DNA of 61,441 nucleotides, filler included, from Hausera hauseri (taxonomy: Eukaryota), in the NCBI GenBank assembly GCA_046269625.1. It is 10 parts of 10 records of this genome, joined end to end, with 100 filler letters (N's around TTAATTAATTAA, not from the genome) between each part and the next. Parts side by side here need not be neighbours in the genome. Positions count along the whole stretch, not along the records: positions 6,091 to 12,859 come from JBJURY010067328.1; positions 12,960 to 19,245 come from JBJURY010116987.1; positions 19,346 to 24,461 come from JBJURY010330826.1; positions 24,562 to 30,511 come from JBJURY010164754.1; 6 more parts are not named here. One strand, written 5' to 3'. The notes beneath the pieces were generated by a model. The model did not search any database, was not told the origin of the DNA, and worked only from the letters and a program-made list of their open reading frames with translations. Positions 12,301 to 25,498 of the stretch are shown piece after piece (position 1 is the first letter of the stretch; each line of letters opens with the position of its first letter). The translations under genes and the position numbers were made by a program.

Positions 12301-14179
12301 GATTTGGAAAGTAAATTAGTTGATTGGGACAGAGATAGTGATTGAAGGTTTCTTTGCTTTTCTCGATTGGAATCCTCTACATTTCTTGGTGAGATTCTAC
12401 ACACATTCTCCAATTTCTTCTGCATTGACTGGTATATAAATTATGGCAAATTTCACAACGTTTAGCATAAAATTTGACTTTTCCCAACTTGTCCGTAACA
12501 GGACTTTTAAAACAGTCATTTGAAATTTGTAATTCATTTTTTTTCAATAATTTATCAATTTATTATTCAAAATGCATAATTTTAAATGATTTATAAGCAA
12601 TACATATCTTCAGCTTTATAATTAGACATATGTTAACATCCATGTTGACCTGGTTCTATCCTTTCTTCATTTATATGGGAATACAGTACACAGCAAACAA
12701 AAAAGTCTATACAGACAGGCACTTGAGAGATTGAAAGAAATAGGTCAGAAATATAAAGTGGGCAATAGAACAAATGGAATAGAAATTGGCACTGCATGGA
12801 TTCAATCCATCATCCCTACAACACTGATACAATGTCACTGTACACTGCCAACATGCTATNNNNNNNNNNNNNNNNNNNNNNNNNNNNNNNNNNNNNNNNN
12901 NNNTTAATTAATTAANNNNNNNNNNNNNNNNNNNNNNNNNNNNNNNNNNNNNNNNNNNNGAAGACAATTTGGAAAGCATAGAAACAAAGCAAACAAATAA
13001 AAATGGATGTATTTTACAGCTAAGAAATGCTGCATGTAGGCAGTATCGTAAATGTCTGGTTTTTTTTAGCGCCTGCAATGTCATCAAATGATAAAAAATA
13101 AGGGGAGAAACTATTTTGTTTACTACAAGCCCTGAAACTTTTGTGCTTGTATATTTATTCTTTACACATTTTAAAAATGTACCAGCTCTTGGAGTCTGCA
13201 CACGATCAGGTGTGAAATTTTGACAGTTAGGATGCGTTTTGGAGTAAACTCGGACAAGAGGTTTTAAATATGAAAGGTTACAGGTAGTTCAATGTCTGGC
13301 GATGATTGCATTCTGTTTTTACACTTGTTAAAGCCAGCCCTCGTTACCTTTTTAATTACCTGAGGCAAGGTGGAGAAATAGCCGCGAAGAGTCAAAATGA
13401 TGGAAATGCTGAACGAACTTTTTTTGTTTTTTTTTTTTTTTAAATCGTTTTTTCAAAAGCTAGTTTAAAGTTGCTATATTGATAACTGTAAACTTTAATC
13501 TAAATAATTGGTTACTTTATGATCGTTGATTTTAGCAATCATTTTGTTTGTGCCAAACCAGAGCACATCTAAACAAAGCAGTGCTGACACGAAACATCCT
13601 CTACACTAAGGCAACATGCTACAGAGAGGACTGTCATGTAAAGATTGAAAGGCAGACATTATCAAACAAATGTGTAAAGGCATCATCACGAACCAGGAGA
13701 TGAACGGTTTCACATCCTTCGACAATGATTTCGACACCTCTTCAGATTTCATGACACTCTACCGGTGATCCGGAGTCACATCCCGCCGCACTGAAGGGTG
13801 TAATTCTCTGTGATGTCCTGACACAGGCGGCAGAGTAATTAAAGATTTAGCTTCTGCACCAGCGGCAGAGTGAGTTCATTTCCTTTGATGCCGAAATCGT
13901 AGTTGCCATTGAGCTTTCAAAAATCATACTTGACTTAATCACAATTATCATATTTTATCTATGACAGAATCATATCACATTTATAAAGCTACGTTATTAA
14001 AATATTTCAGACAAATCGCAGGAGCCCTCGTTATAATGGCACAGTCTTTATCAAACATCTACAGCACGAAATGAAAAAAAACAGAAAACTCTTAATAAAT
14101 GAAACAATTATAAATTAAAATACGAATACATGAAAGTATTTTAATGATAGAACTCAAAGAGACTAGAAATATGCTTCTA

Positions 14180-15450
14180 TTATGGACAAGATGGGCTCAG
14201 ATTCACAAAGAAACTATAAACACTTATTTTCCCACAGTCACGTGACACCGTTCTTTCCGATAGTTGAATTATCCTTGATGTCAAAGACTTCTCTAAGCAC
14301 GTACAAACTAGATTCTTGCTTCCAGTCAAGTCCAACTGATTCAAGTTTTGGAGCGAAGTTAGGGTCAGTGGCAGACGAGTTATTTTTGTACTTTCCATAT
14401 TTAGAATGATAACACGGGACAGACCTTGGAAAGCACGAGCTGAAATTGTAACAATTGGGTTATTATTTAAATTTATGGATGTTAAATTAGAATCCAATGG
14501 GAAACTGTCATTTCTTATTTCTGTTATAAGATTATATCCCAGATCAAGGTCTCGTATCCACGGAGGAAAATCTGCTGCATGGATAACTTTTGATAACATT
14601 AGAAGTCAGCAGCATTGCTGAAATGACTGAGATGTTGAAATAAATATGGGGGATGGACGGAAGCAGGTTGTTGCTGAGGTCCAAAAAGTCCAAACCAGGA
14701 GGTAGACCTCCGGAATAAGGGTCAGAAATTCGATTGTGCGACAGACTGATGCTTCCAATCTTCGTCAGAAATGATACATTTGGAATTGAGGTCAAATGGT
14801 TGCCGACTAGATCAATACTTGTCAAGGTCGTTTCATAGGGACGCAAATTGTTGCTTAGGGCCCGCGCGTCGTAGAGGCTGTTGTTAGTTAGCGTTAATGA
14901 GTACAGCTGATTGGACACGGGTAACCAAGTTATATTAGAGATTCTGTCGTTCAGAAACTGAACATACTGAAGCACGCGAAGATCAGTTACTGCCTTTGGG
15001 ATTTCCGTTAGTCTACAACTGATTAGATTCAAGCCTTTCAACGTACCAGACATGGCAACAAAAGCGTTGTCTGGAATAAACGAAATCGCACTTTCTGCTA
15101 TATTTAGCTCAGAAAGATGAGTTAAATACCGAGTCCAGATTGGCCACGAAGTTAGACCAACAGCTTCTAACACAATGCTGTCTAGGGTTGAACCAAGGTG
15201 TTCCATGACCTTGTCATTCCAGTCGCTAATGTTGGTGTTGTAAATATTTAAATACATGAGAGCATTTAAGTGAAGAAAAGCATCTGGAATCCTGGTCATC
15301 AAGGCGAACGAGAACATAAGACTTGTCAAAGATGTAGAGGATCCATCAAAAGCAGCGCTGTCTATGTCTTTTATTGGATTATTCATGAGGCTTAATCCTG
15401 TCATGTTTAACGGAAGACTCCCAGCTGGTATAGAAGAGATCTTGTTGTTC
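14180..15450 (-). pseudogene. Leucine-rich-repeat protein, last exon, with one frameshift near 14590
   Basis: Repeated LxxLxLxxNxI/L units and a C-terminal LRR cap (NLVCTC...C...CP). A candidate acceptor ccacag lies at about 15451-15456. Resembles gastropod multi-LRR genes. Confidence 0.8.
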
Positions 15451-15679
15451 TGTGGACGTTAATTATTAAATTACTTAAATTTTAAGTTAATTAATTCTTG
15501 GATTACATGTTAGATGTTAAATTATAAGAAAAGGAGTAAAAGATGACGCTTCAGGGTATGCCATAGGCAATCCCAGTTTCGCCAAGTCCCCTGGATTTGA
15601 TACTCCCTGTTCACAGCTCCTTCACATGTGAGGATAAATATAGTGGCCGTCTCCGTTTCACCTAATTGACAAGTGGATC

Positions 15680-15990
15680 GTCCTACTGCATGTGTTAGTG
15701 ATACTTGGATCAATGAAGATGTTTTACACGAAGCAGACGCAGAAAGAACTCTTATCAGTAAGATCAGAAAGAGACAAATATCTATGACTGACCATGTTTT
15801 ACGAGGAGAACGTCTGGAGAACTTTGTCACGGCAGGCAAAATACCAGGAAATAGAAGTAGTGGACGACAGTTTTCGTGAATGGTTCGGAAATAAGTCAAC
15901 AGCATAAATGATTTGAGACACCAAGAATCGCGAAAGATGGAGATCCATTGTGACATTCGCTTCACAGCGTGGCACCTGATGATGACAGTA
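15680..15990 (+). mobile_element. 3' fragment of an RTE-like non-LTR retrotransposon
   Basis: NEDVL...IRKRQ...HVLR...GKIPGNRSSGRQ matches the RTE ORF C-terminus, and it ends in a (TGA)n tail. Confidence 0.65.
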
Positions 15991-16269
15991 TGATAATCAA
16001 TTCAGCTGGATTGACAAAAGTGACACATCTGATAAGCTACCGTAAGTCCTTATTTTTCATACAGACGAGGCAGGACATTCCTCGACGTTTGACGTACCTA
16101 GTCCTGGGCATACTGAATACCAACTCTGGAGCTAAATTGTTGTAGATAGAACACTAGTCTGACTTCTGCCTTCTAATGTAGTTGAAGACGGAGGTGCTAT
16201 GCGGGTATGTGACACATAGCCGACCCTCGTACACGGTGCCAGGGCTGACGAGCCATAGTCAGCCAAGAT

Positions 16270-16660
16270 TCTTTTCCACGTCTTCGTCGTCGTCTATAGA
16301 CAACATTAGAGAAACCTGCCGGATAGCGGGCGGAGGCTCGAGATGGTCCCCAGTTGATCACTTCTTGGAGGCCAAGCATTGCACCAAAGCCTGGAGGACC
16401 TCGGTCCACTTCATAGACACCACCATCAACGCGGGAAAGATCAGCTACCCTCCTCCATATGCCTTCTTAGAACTGCAACAGCCCTTCTTAAGGCTCGTCA
16501 AGAAGAGCTGACGATCGGTGATGTGGAGCTCCAACAAGAACCTATTATAGTTTTTTTCTTAAGGATATTCCACTTCTGGGTTCAAGTGCTCTGGCCATGC
16601 TAGATCTGCGGCCCAGTGGCCAGAACGAAGTCCACTGTCTTCTCCATGTTCAGACTACAG
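16270..16660 (-). mobile_element. Probable degraded non-LTR retrotransposon 3' fragment
   Basis: GC-richer segment with LINE-like C-terminal peptide remnants, ending in a short (GAC/GAA)n tail on the minus strand. Confidence 0.35.
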
Positions 16661-18739
16661 CCCCATTCACTGGATTTCCCCTCCTAATTACTCCCCAAGG
16701 TTTTACATCAAATGTCTTGAGAGACAGACTGGGCACTTCTATGGTATATAATTAGGTGCTTTGGATTCCTACTTCACCACGATAATCGTGAGCAACCAGC
16801 TGCTATGGGAGACATCGAAGAGACATCTACAGTTTAATCTATGTGATAGTAATTGGCTGCCCGAACCGAAAAGCACGCGTCCTAAAAGGAAGAATAAACA
16901 GTTACAAATAACTTCACACAAAGAGAAGAAATGGCGCCGCACATAAATGAGAAGCGGAAGTATACAGAGACTAAAGACGTAGACAACAGGAACACAATAA
17001 ATTAAGGAACGTTAATTACACAAAAGGAAACGCAATTTGATTGGCCCATGCAGCAGAAAGTTCTTGCGTACACGTCGAGAAGTAACAAGAACGTAGTCTG
17101 CTAGCAACGGAGGCCTATATAAGATAACACACTCCTAACGACCGGGCAGTTGGTCTTGTGATTCCACTGAGAGCAGATGCATATCTGCTAAATTCACAGT
17201 TTTGATCTTGGCTACTAAAGAGAGCAGACATATATCTGCCAGTGCCGTTCTCAAGGACCCTTGGCCTTGAGCATCCGATGTAGACACATCGTATGTACCT
17301 GCGAAGCCGAGTAGTAAACCCTTCTGTTGAAGGTCAGCAAGCTTGAATTGAAGAAACAAGGCTTGTTTACCGATGAAAGCTTGTGAAAGCTTCAAAGGCA
17401 GAATGAACTGAAACGTACTGAAGCAGCTACATGGTCTGCAAGACACCACCAACGTCTGAATATCAACGTTGTGGCTGTGGCCATATTTATTGATCTATCC
17501 ACGGTCAGATCTTACCGACGCTCTTCGTGCATTATATTATCGTTCGAAGTCAAAGTTATATTAGTAACGGCAACGATGAGCTCATTCGTTCAGCGCAGCT
17601 AGCCAACTCGTTATTCGCTATACTAGTCGACAGGCGCCACATAAGCCATTAGTGTGCTACGGTAACGGTCTGAAGTTTCTACAGTGAGAGAATCAGCAGT
17701 ATACGAGAAGCTTGCGTGGGCAGCCGCAGAAATTGTAAGTAAACTTTGTGGTGACTTATAAACTGTAAACTTTGAGTAATTTCTGTTGGACATGGACAAG
17801 GACAATGAAGAACTGGTTTTACAAGTACAGCTGACAAACTGGTGATTGCCATACATGCATGTGGTGTGTTACTGAAACGATAATATGAATAATGAGACTT
17901 TAAACCATATCTAACGATGAACTTTGGTCGAGGGCACGGTCGCCATGACAGGAAGGAAATGTTACTCGGAAATGAAGGTCCAGGCTTAACAGACTATCGG
18001 GAAGTGATAGTTAAGTAGCTAGTTTAGTAGCTGTATGCGTGAGACAAATACGTTGTGTTGTCACCGAAATTATACCATTGCCATTGATCATTGCATGCAT
18101 TTCTATCTTGTTGTTATTTTATTAGTTAATAAAAGTTAAATTGTTACTGCCTGCTTCCGCAAATTATTATCAGTTAGGTTTACTGAGAGTTCTCTATTTT
18201 GTTGGTGTTTATTGTTGTTGCTATCGTGGTTGCCTATCACATCTACCGACGACGGAATGTCGTTTACAGGGAAACATGTGAAGATCCGATCCCACAAACC
18301 CACAATTAAAAGTCAAGCAGCAATCTATCTCAAAGATATGATTTAAAAAAAAAACAAAAAAAAAAACAGACCTATAGGTTTCTGGCCATTAATCGTAAAT
18401 ATCTCAGCACACACAGATACTTACATCCAAAAATGTAAAGCTTGGTCCAGGTGACGTATCCGTTATTAGAGGAATGTGTGCCAGGTTGAGGTTCTGACAT
18501 GAGACTTCTTCACTGCTGCACGGACATTCCTGTTGTCAGAATGTGATATTAGTTCTGTCATCGAAACATAATGATCGTAAGAGTAGTTATACTCTCTACA
18601 TACATTGTTCTGGGGAAGAGAACGGTGCCAGAGTTAGTACAAGCAATACTGATGGCGACCAAAACCCGACCGTGTTACTGTGGAAATCACTGACGCTATT
18701 CGTAATAGAAAATAAACCAACCATAAAAAAAAAACTAAA

Positions 18740-19055
18740 ATAGAGGAAAAATAAAATAGGCACATGGAATGTGAGAACACTGGACGAGGGAAAACTACAG
18801 AAGCTCACCAAATAAATAACAAGAACAAGCACAGGCAATGTCATGATGGCTTGGTGAAAATCGTATTGGAAGGTATTGTTCCTTGTACCAGAGACTAGTG
18901 AAGGATAAGACGACACTGGAAACAAGACATCAAGGAAACAGTGAATATGAACTTGTGAGAGGCGGGCGAGAAGACAAGAGACAGAGAATCTTTCAGACGG
19001 GCTGTGAATAGGGCAACGTTCTACAAAATAGAGGCCACATGATGACGACATCAAA
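18740..19055 (+). mobile_element. Internally deleted RTE-like LINE relic
   Basis: KIGTWNVRTL (APE endonuclease start) followed closely by a 3'-end-like W-x-x-DIKE peptide and a TGATGACGAC tail. Confidence 0.55.
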
Positions 19056-19345
19056 ACATTTTAGACGTGTGCGCAAACATTACTGATTCCTGATTAGGAA
19101 CTAGCATCACATCACAGAAGCTATTCCCATAGCCCCGCTCTTCGCTCTAACAGCCACCGGAGAGTAAACACATTTAAAGTCCCAGTCAAAACTTGATTTC
19201 GTGATTCATTACTGATTCACAAAGACACAGTGGAATATTGAGCTANNNNNNNNNNNNNNNNNNNNNNNNNNNNNNNNNNNNNNNNNNNNTTAATTAATTA
19301 ANNNNNNNNNNNNNNNNNNNNNNNNNNNNNNNNNNNNNNNNNNNN

Positions 19346-22090
19346 TGTAAGTTGCTATGATGTAGTCTGTGAAAAATAATTCAGAGATGTTCATGGTGTT
19401 GTTTGACGGAGTTGGAGGCAACAAATATGTCATCGATGTAAGGATGAGCAAAATCAAGGCCTGAGAGAACGGTGTCTATGTGGTGTTGAAAGGTTTGGGC
19501 TTCGTGACTTAAACCGAATGACATAAAGATGTATGCGTAAAGGCTAAGTGGAGTGATAACAGCAGTCTTTGGAATGTCATCGAGTGCAACGGGAATTTTA
19601 TGGTAGGCTTTGTGCATATCTATTGTGGAATACGTATTGGTGTTGTTAAGACTGTGCAGGATGTTTTTTATGAGCGGTAATGGGTAAGCATCCATAATTG
19701 TTAGATTGTTTACTTGACGGCAGTCGCCACGTTGTCGAAAAGTACCGCCCTTTTTTGTTACTACATGTAATGGTGAAGACCATGGTGATTTTGACCTCCG
19801 AATAATACCAGATTTTTCAAGTTCGTTAAATTCTGATTCCACGGCTTTTCATCTACGAGGATATAATGGTCTCACCTTTTGTCTGAGAGGTCTTTTATGT
19901 TGGGTGACAACGTGGTGATAAGTTGTTGATGGGGCTTAAAACTAGAGTCCTTTTTGGGTATGCGAGAACAGGAAGAAATGATGTAGGATTTGAGATTTGA
20001 ATCTACTGATAATGATTGAGGCATATTATCAGAGGAGGCGTTGACTGTGATTGGCGAAGAACGAACAACATCGTCGCCAGTAACATTCGGTTTAACGGAT
20101 TATTTTAAAATCGACTTCGATGTTTGAAATGTAATTGAGAAAATAGATAAACTACTAAATGTATCGTTATCAACAGACGAGTAATTTGCCAAATTCACAT
20201 ATGAGTTTGTAGATGAAGTGCCTGTTGAGCTGTCTGGTAGGCAATTGTTATCGTTCACGATGGAGTCTCTACGTAGCTAACAGCCATACTTGCAGTCAAC
20301 TAGCAGGTCGTGTGCGGCCAAAAAATCTGAGCCGATTATTGGCGATTTAATATTGACCACGTGGAATTTCCAGACAAACTTGCCTGGTAAGTTTGAAAAT
20401 GTAAAAATCAGTTCCGTGGTACCTGCGATTCGCAAAGATTGACAGCTGGCAGTGAAAAGCGGAGAAGAAATTGCCTTTGATGTAGGGACGAAGGACAAAG
20501 GGAGGAGTGAAAAGGCAGCTCTTGAATCAATAAGAAAATCGATATGTGGAGCATTGCTAGAAAACAGTGTAGCTTTTAACAGAAAAACTGCGGAGGAGGT
20601 ATTAAGACGGCCAGAAGATTGAGCGGTATTGCCTATGCCAGAATGTGCCGTGACATCTGGCGGCGTTTTTAGTTTTTTAAAGATTGTGGAGGAAAAGAAG
20701 ATGAATGATAAGAAGGAGGAGGAGAATAAGATGAAAAAAACTGAAGTTGCTTTTGTAATGTTTACATCCCGGAACACACGATCTGGCTACAGATTGGATT
20801 TTCTGTGATAAATACAGATAGGGCTGTCCACCGCAAAACGCCTGTCATAAAATTTACAGCGCAAGAGATATTTTTCTGCGTTTCTACAAAATTTATTGTG
20901 ATAAAAACAAATTGTTTGTCCACAAGGAGATTTAGGACGAAATGAGTGCCTGGAGAGGCTACGTTCACGCGATGCACGGGTCTCACCTCGCCGAGACATA
21001 GACAGATTACTTAGTTGGGCCGTGATGGCAGAAACTGAATGTTGTAGCGTATCGTATTGTTTTTGCATTAATTGTAGTTGCTGTGCGAAAACAGTCGTGT
21101 CTACATGCGATGGAGTATGCGTGGTTGCTGCAGCTACGGGTTGTGAGTTGTTAGTTTGTAAAATTTCGAAACTTCTATCAGCCAATAGGGCAAGTTTTTC
21201 AATCGCCGTCGAGCCGTCAAAGACAGTCAGGAGAGCTCTGATGGAAGTGGGCAAGGAGGGGAGGAAATAACGACGAATTAAGTCTGTATTGTTGGTGGGG
21301 GTAACGCCAGGAGCACTTAGCTGTGAAATAGAGGTCTGCAGAAAGTCAGAAGGCATTTGATTGCCTAAAGCATGTTCTTTAAAGTACTTCTGTATTATAT
21401 TATCAATCGATGGATCGGTAATATGAAGAACAGACTCATAAAGCATGTCATATTGTTCTGGAGAAGTAAGGATATAAGCAAGATTATTGATTTGATGTTT
21501 GATATTTGCTTTGAGAAGAAGTAACAAGCTGTTGATGCGCGAGAAAAAAATCGGTAATATGACTGGCATTAAGCCATTGTAAATGAAATTGTAGCCAAAT
21601 GCGGCTTGAATTTGTTTTATCGGGGAAGAACTCTGTGCAAGGAAGGTTAGGAAAAGCAGATTGTGCACAGTCAGCAGGGCGACGACCAAATCTTGTTTTG
21701 GAGGAACATTCAGCAGAAGAATCAGGGTCCGAACCACTCCGAATGTGAAAGTGAAGGGTGAGATGAATGATCGGAGAAGCAAAGGAAGAAAGTGAGTCAG
21801 ACGGGTGTAGCACAACCATGGTGCAACAAATAAAATTCGGAAGTGTGTAGAAAGGAGGATAGAGACATATAGAGGGTGTAAGCAATGTCCGTGTTACTAG
21901 TGTGTATGGTAGAAATATGTGTGTTATTTTTAAAAACAAAAAAGAAAGGGGTTGAAGAGTGATGCCAGAGGCATGTTGTGGCGCACGAATCAGGGACGCG
22001 CCCAGGTTTCCGACCAGATGATGTTCGGGTCGCATAGCCAAGGGGACAGTCGCCAAAACCGGTCTCTGATGTCCAGTGTTCATCGCAGAC
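19346..22090 (-). mobile_element. CsRn1-type Gypsy element copy A (Ubl-gag, PR, RT), degenerate and truncated
   Basis: Gag LIRRYFL...LALLAD and CFYHNKF/CIYH motifs; protease FLIDSRA...PIIGSDFL; RT SPWSSPLHVV, DAYPLP, YIDD. Confidence 0.9.
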
Positions 22091-22099
22091 TGTTCAGGT

Positions 22100-23465
22100 G
22101 CTCCGTATATGTCAATAGGTTTAGAGAGTCGTGGATGTTTAATTAACTGCACCTTATAATTCAAATAACCATAGAAAGAATCGGTACAATATGCATCATC
22201 TTCAATAAAAGGAATATCGTCACAACTATCGGCAATTCGTAAATGGTTTTCCGCTTCAAATAGTGCCACTGAATTCGAATAGAGATTGTCATTATCAATA
22301 ACCATATAAGCCTCTTGTTGAATTTTCTTCAATTCCGAATCCGTTTTTTTTTTCAACAGATCGCAAACTCCATCCAAATCCGAAGATCGTTCCATACTAG
22401 ATTGTGGCAGTAGAGGTAATGAAAAATAAATATTCGGTCGTGAATGCGTCGGTGCTGGTGACGGTGATGTTTTCCGAAATATGGAATTTGGCAACGTGTT
22501 ACAGTAGTCATTGTCAACCAAACTGGTTTTATCTTCGGAAAATGTTTATTTCTTTTGGAAAGTCGCGATACGTAGAGTGAGGCAACGGTATGGCTGGTTG
22601 TCATCGGTTGGTTTGATATGAAATCGTCGCAGAGATCATCGGGTATTATCGTACGAGTACAAGAATGGGCATCGGATGGAATATCCAAATCACAAATGAC
22701 TGCCAAATTGCGATTCAAAGTGGTGTTCGTATCAACCAATAATTGCCCTGTAGAGTTTTGAAGATGTTTTTTATGCATAGTTTTATCGATCAACTCTTAT
22801 TTGATTTGATATGGAGTATTAGTCGTTTGTTTATTGTTGTTTCTAATCGGCATACATAATATTTGATTTAATATGAAAAATTGGTCCGAATGCGTTTCAT
22901 AAAATTTCGATTTGTCTAATAATTCATTATGAGAAATTGTTACATTATTGTCCAATGTAAAATTTCTTTCAAAGTATTTTGAAGCAACACAAATATCGGA
23001 TGGTAAGGTTACAAATAAATAACCATTTGTGTCATTGAGTTTTCCGGTTTGGTTGTGATCAGATTCTATGGGACAATTACTCTATTTTACTACTTTATCG
23101 AAGCGATCAATAGAGGTAGTACTTTTCGTTGCTGCATTGGGCGGTACCTCGTAATCATTATCTACATTGTTTTGATTTACACACTCATGAAAAATATTTT
23201 CCACTTTTTTATTGAATGTTTGAAGCAGACTACTATATGATTTATCAACATACAAATTACGGGAGGAATTACTATTCATTGTTATTTTGTAATTACTACT
23301 ACATTTTAGATAGAGTAAATTTAAATCTGCATTGATAATATCATAAGAATTTCGCGACGTAACACACGTTAAATTATTTAATTCAAAATCATGATCGGTT
23401 TGGTTCTGTTTTTTATTTTCATTTATGCGTTTGACTTCGTCACTTGGTATTAAAATTGATTTCAT
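22100..23465 (-). pseudogene. Fragmented AT-rich hypothetical host ORF(s)
   Basis: Consecutive low-complexity ORFs (23082-23465, 22353-22793 and the N-terminal part of 21484-22521) with no recognisable domain. Confidence 0.3.
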
Positions 23466-23639
23466 TGAATTTTCAGAATAGTCGTTGGTTTTTGTATTTA
23501 GTTGTGTATTTAGTTGTGAGACTCCCGTAATCGTAAAAATAGAATGTATCGGTTGCTCTTTTTGAATTACACATTCAAAAATGAAGGGATGCCGGGAAAT
23601 ATATTACAATAACAAACAAAAATATGTCAGACTAATAAA

Positions 23640-24461
23640 ATGTATAAAATTAGAAAAGCCATGTTGGAGCATCGTAAAACCCATGATACTACTTACAAAA
23701 AGACAAAGGTCAAATGCGAACTTTGTCCTAAGGCATTTTGCAACCGTTATATCCTAGAATGTCATATCAGAGATGTTCATATGGGACAGAAGAAAAGTTA
23801 CTTGTGCTCCACATGTGGCAAGAGCTTTACAACAAAACACTCACTTGCAGAGCATACAAATGCTCACACTGGAGTAAAACCACATGTTTGTGAACACTGT
23901 GGTAAGTCATTTTCCTATGAGTCTGCATTAAGAGATCATAGGTACACACACACAAATGCCAAACACTTTTGGTGTAGCCATTGCCAGAAAGGTTTCAGTC
24001 AACGATCTGGACTGAAGATGCACATGAGGATCCATCGCCAGCACAAAATGTTCATCTGCACAGAGTGTGGTAGGGGATTTACTCAGAAACAAGCCCTTCA
24101 ACGTCATGAACGAGTCCACAAAGGTGAGAAGCCATTTGTTTGCAAACACTGTGGACGGTTTTTCACGGATGCTTCCATTATTAGGAGGCATTTGATTTTG
24201 GTGCATAAAATTCACAAAGATGCCAATAATTGGCGCGAAGATATTGTGTGCACTGTGAAAAACCAAAATGAGTATCAAGTTCAGAAAGTTGAAGATGAAA
24301 GCTCCATCTCTGAAGCAGAAAAAGAAAAAGAGGAGATTTTAAAAACTGTTGGAGTGCCGGCTCGTAATTTAAAAGGGCCAAGTCGAGCCTTTTCCAGGAC
24401 CTATCCTCGAAGAGTAGCACTTCTCGATGATGGTGGGAATGTTATAGCTCCACCTGAAATG
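23640..24461 (+). CDS. Multi-C2H2 zinc-finger protein, partial
   Basis: Six or more C-x2-C...H-x3-4-H fingers with TGVKP/KGEKP linkers. Open to the contig end; probably an internal exon. Confidence 0.93.
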
Positions 24462-25061
24462 NNNNNNNNNNNNNNNNNNNNNNNNNNNNNNNNNNNNNNN
24501 NNNNNTTAATTAATTAANNNNNNNNNNNNNNNNNNNNNNNNNNNNNNNNNNNNNNNNNNNNTTAATAAGACACGATCATAACAACGGTTAGTATATAACT
24601 TGACCAACATGCGACAAATAATTCCAAGTAATAAAGTAAGATCAAACAGACAAATTGCTATGTTTAGCTACGTCACAAATTCAATTTTCTGAACAACGAT
24701 ATCATTTATTTCAAATTTGAAAAAATCATTTAATTCAATCCATAATCAAACTAGTGCAATATGCCATAATACAAACTAAAATACAATAATAATGCGAAAC
24801 AATTTCATTCACATAATATTACAATAAAAATTCAAACTGTCGAATTGAGAAAATTGTAAAGTATCTCAAATGACAAAACACAACAAGCAAAATTACATAA
24901 TAGAAAAATTATCTAATTTGCTAAAACAACTAATTAACAGTTATTCCAAATTGCAGGAAAAATTACACTAACATAAATACTTTTTCTTTAACAATAATAT
25001 TTATAAATCTATAAAAGTAACAAAAATCGAAACAATTAAATAAACTCATACATTTGTGAAA

Positions 25062-25490
25062 TTAATCTAACGAACTCAATTGAGTCATTTGTTTCAGAAC
25101 TTTTGTTTGACTCGTTTTCCGAATTTCACCAGTAAAAAACATTTCGCCGACTACCGAATAAACTTTGTAAAAATTGAACACCAAATCAAGCTCACAAACA
25201 TTATGAAACAATTCATTCAGAACTTCAACAAAATTGTGAATATCTTCTAAGTACATTAGACTGTTGTCCATAACGTCCGCACAAATACAAAAATACAATC
25301 CTGCGTAACGGCGATAAACAATCTTGTATGTTCTAAATTCAACGAAATTCGTATGTTTGGCATCTCTTACTGTAACCAAAGCATGAACTTCTTCAATCAA
25401 TTTTTGTTTTTCTTCATCATCAAATGGCATGTACCATTTTGTTAATATTGTTTTTCCGGCTCTATTTTGTATAAGAATAAATCTAATTAT
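25062..25490 (-). pseudogene. AP2S1: AP-2 complex subunit sigma, intronless, with the expected ATG present as ATA
   Basis: [13 protein letters not shown]...KWY...[34 protein letters not shown]...[17 protein letters not shown] is nearly identical to AP2 sigma. Substitutions at normally invariant sites (KTIL for KTRL, VVGE for VVDE). Confidence 0.9.
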
Positions 25491-25498
25491 CACGCAAT

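Noticed and set aside
17167-17245. Two similar GAGAGCAGA...TATCTGC hairpin units as a CRISPR-like repeat
   Set aside because: Only two imperfect copies, in eukaryotic repeat-rich DNA, with no cas genes.
21484-22521. 345-aa ORF as a real host-gene/Gag fusion protein
   Set aside because: It is most likely a chance open frame across the element boundary. Internal frameshifts (NFICC versus NFYLLHHG) show the frame is not coherent.
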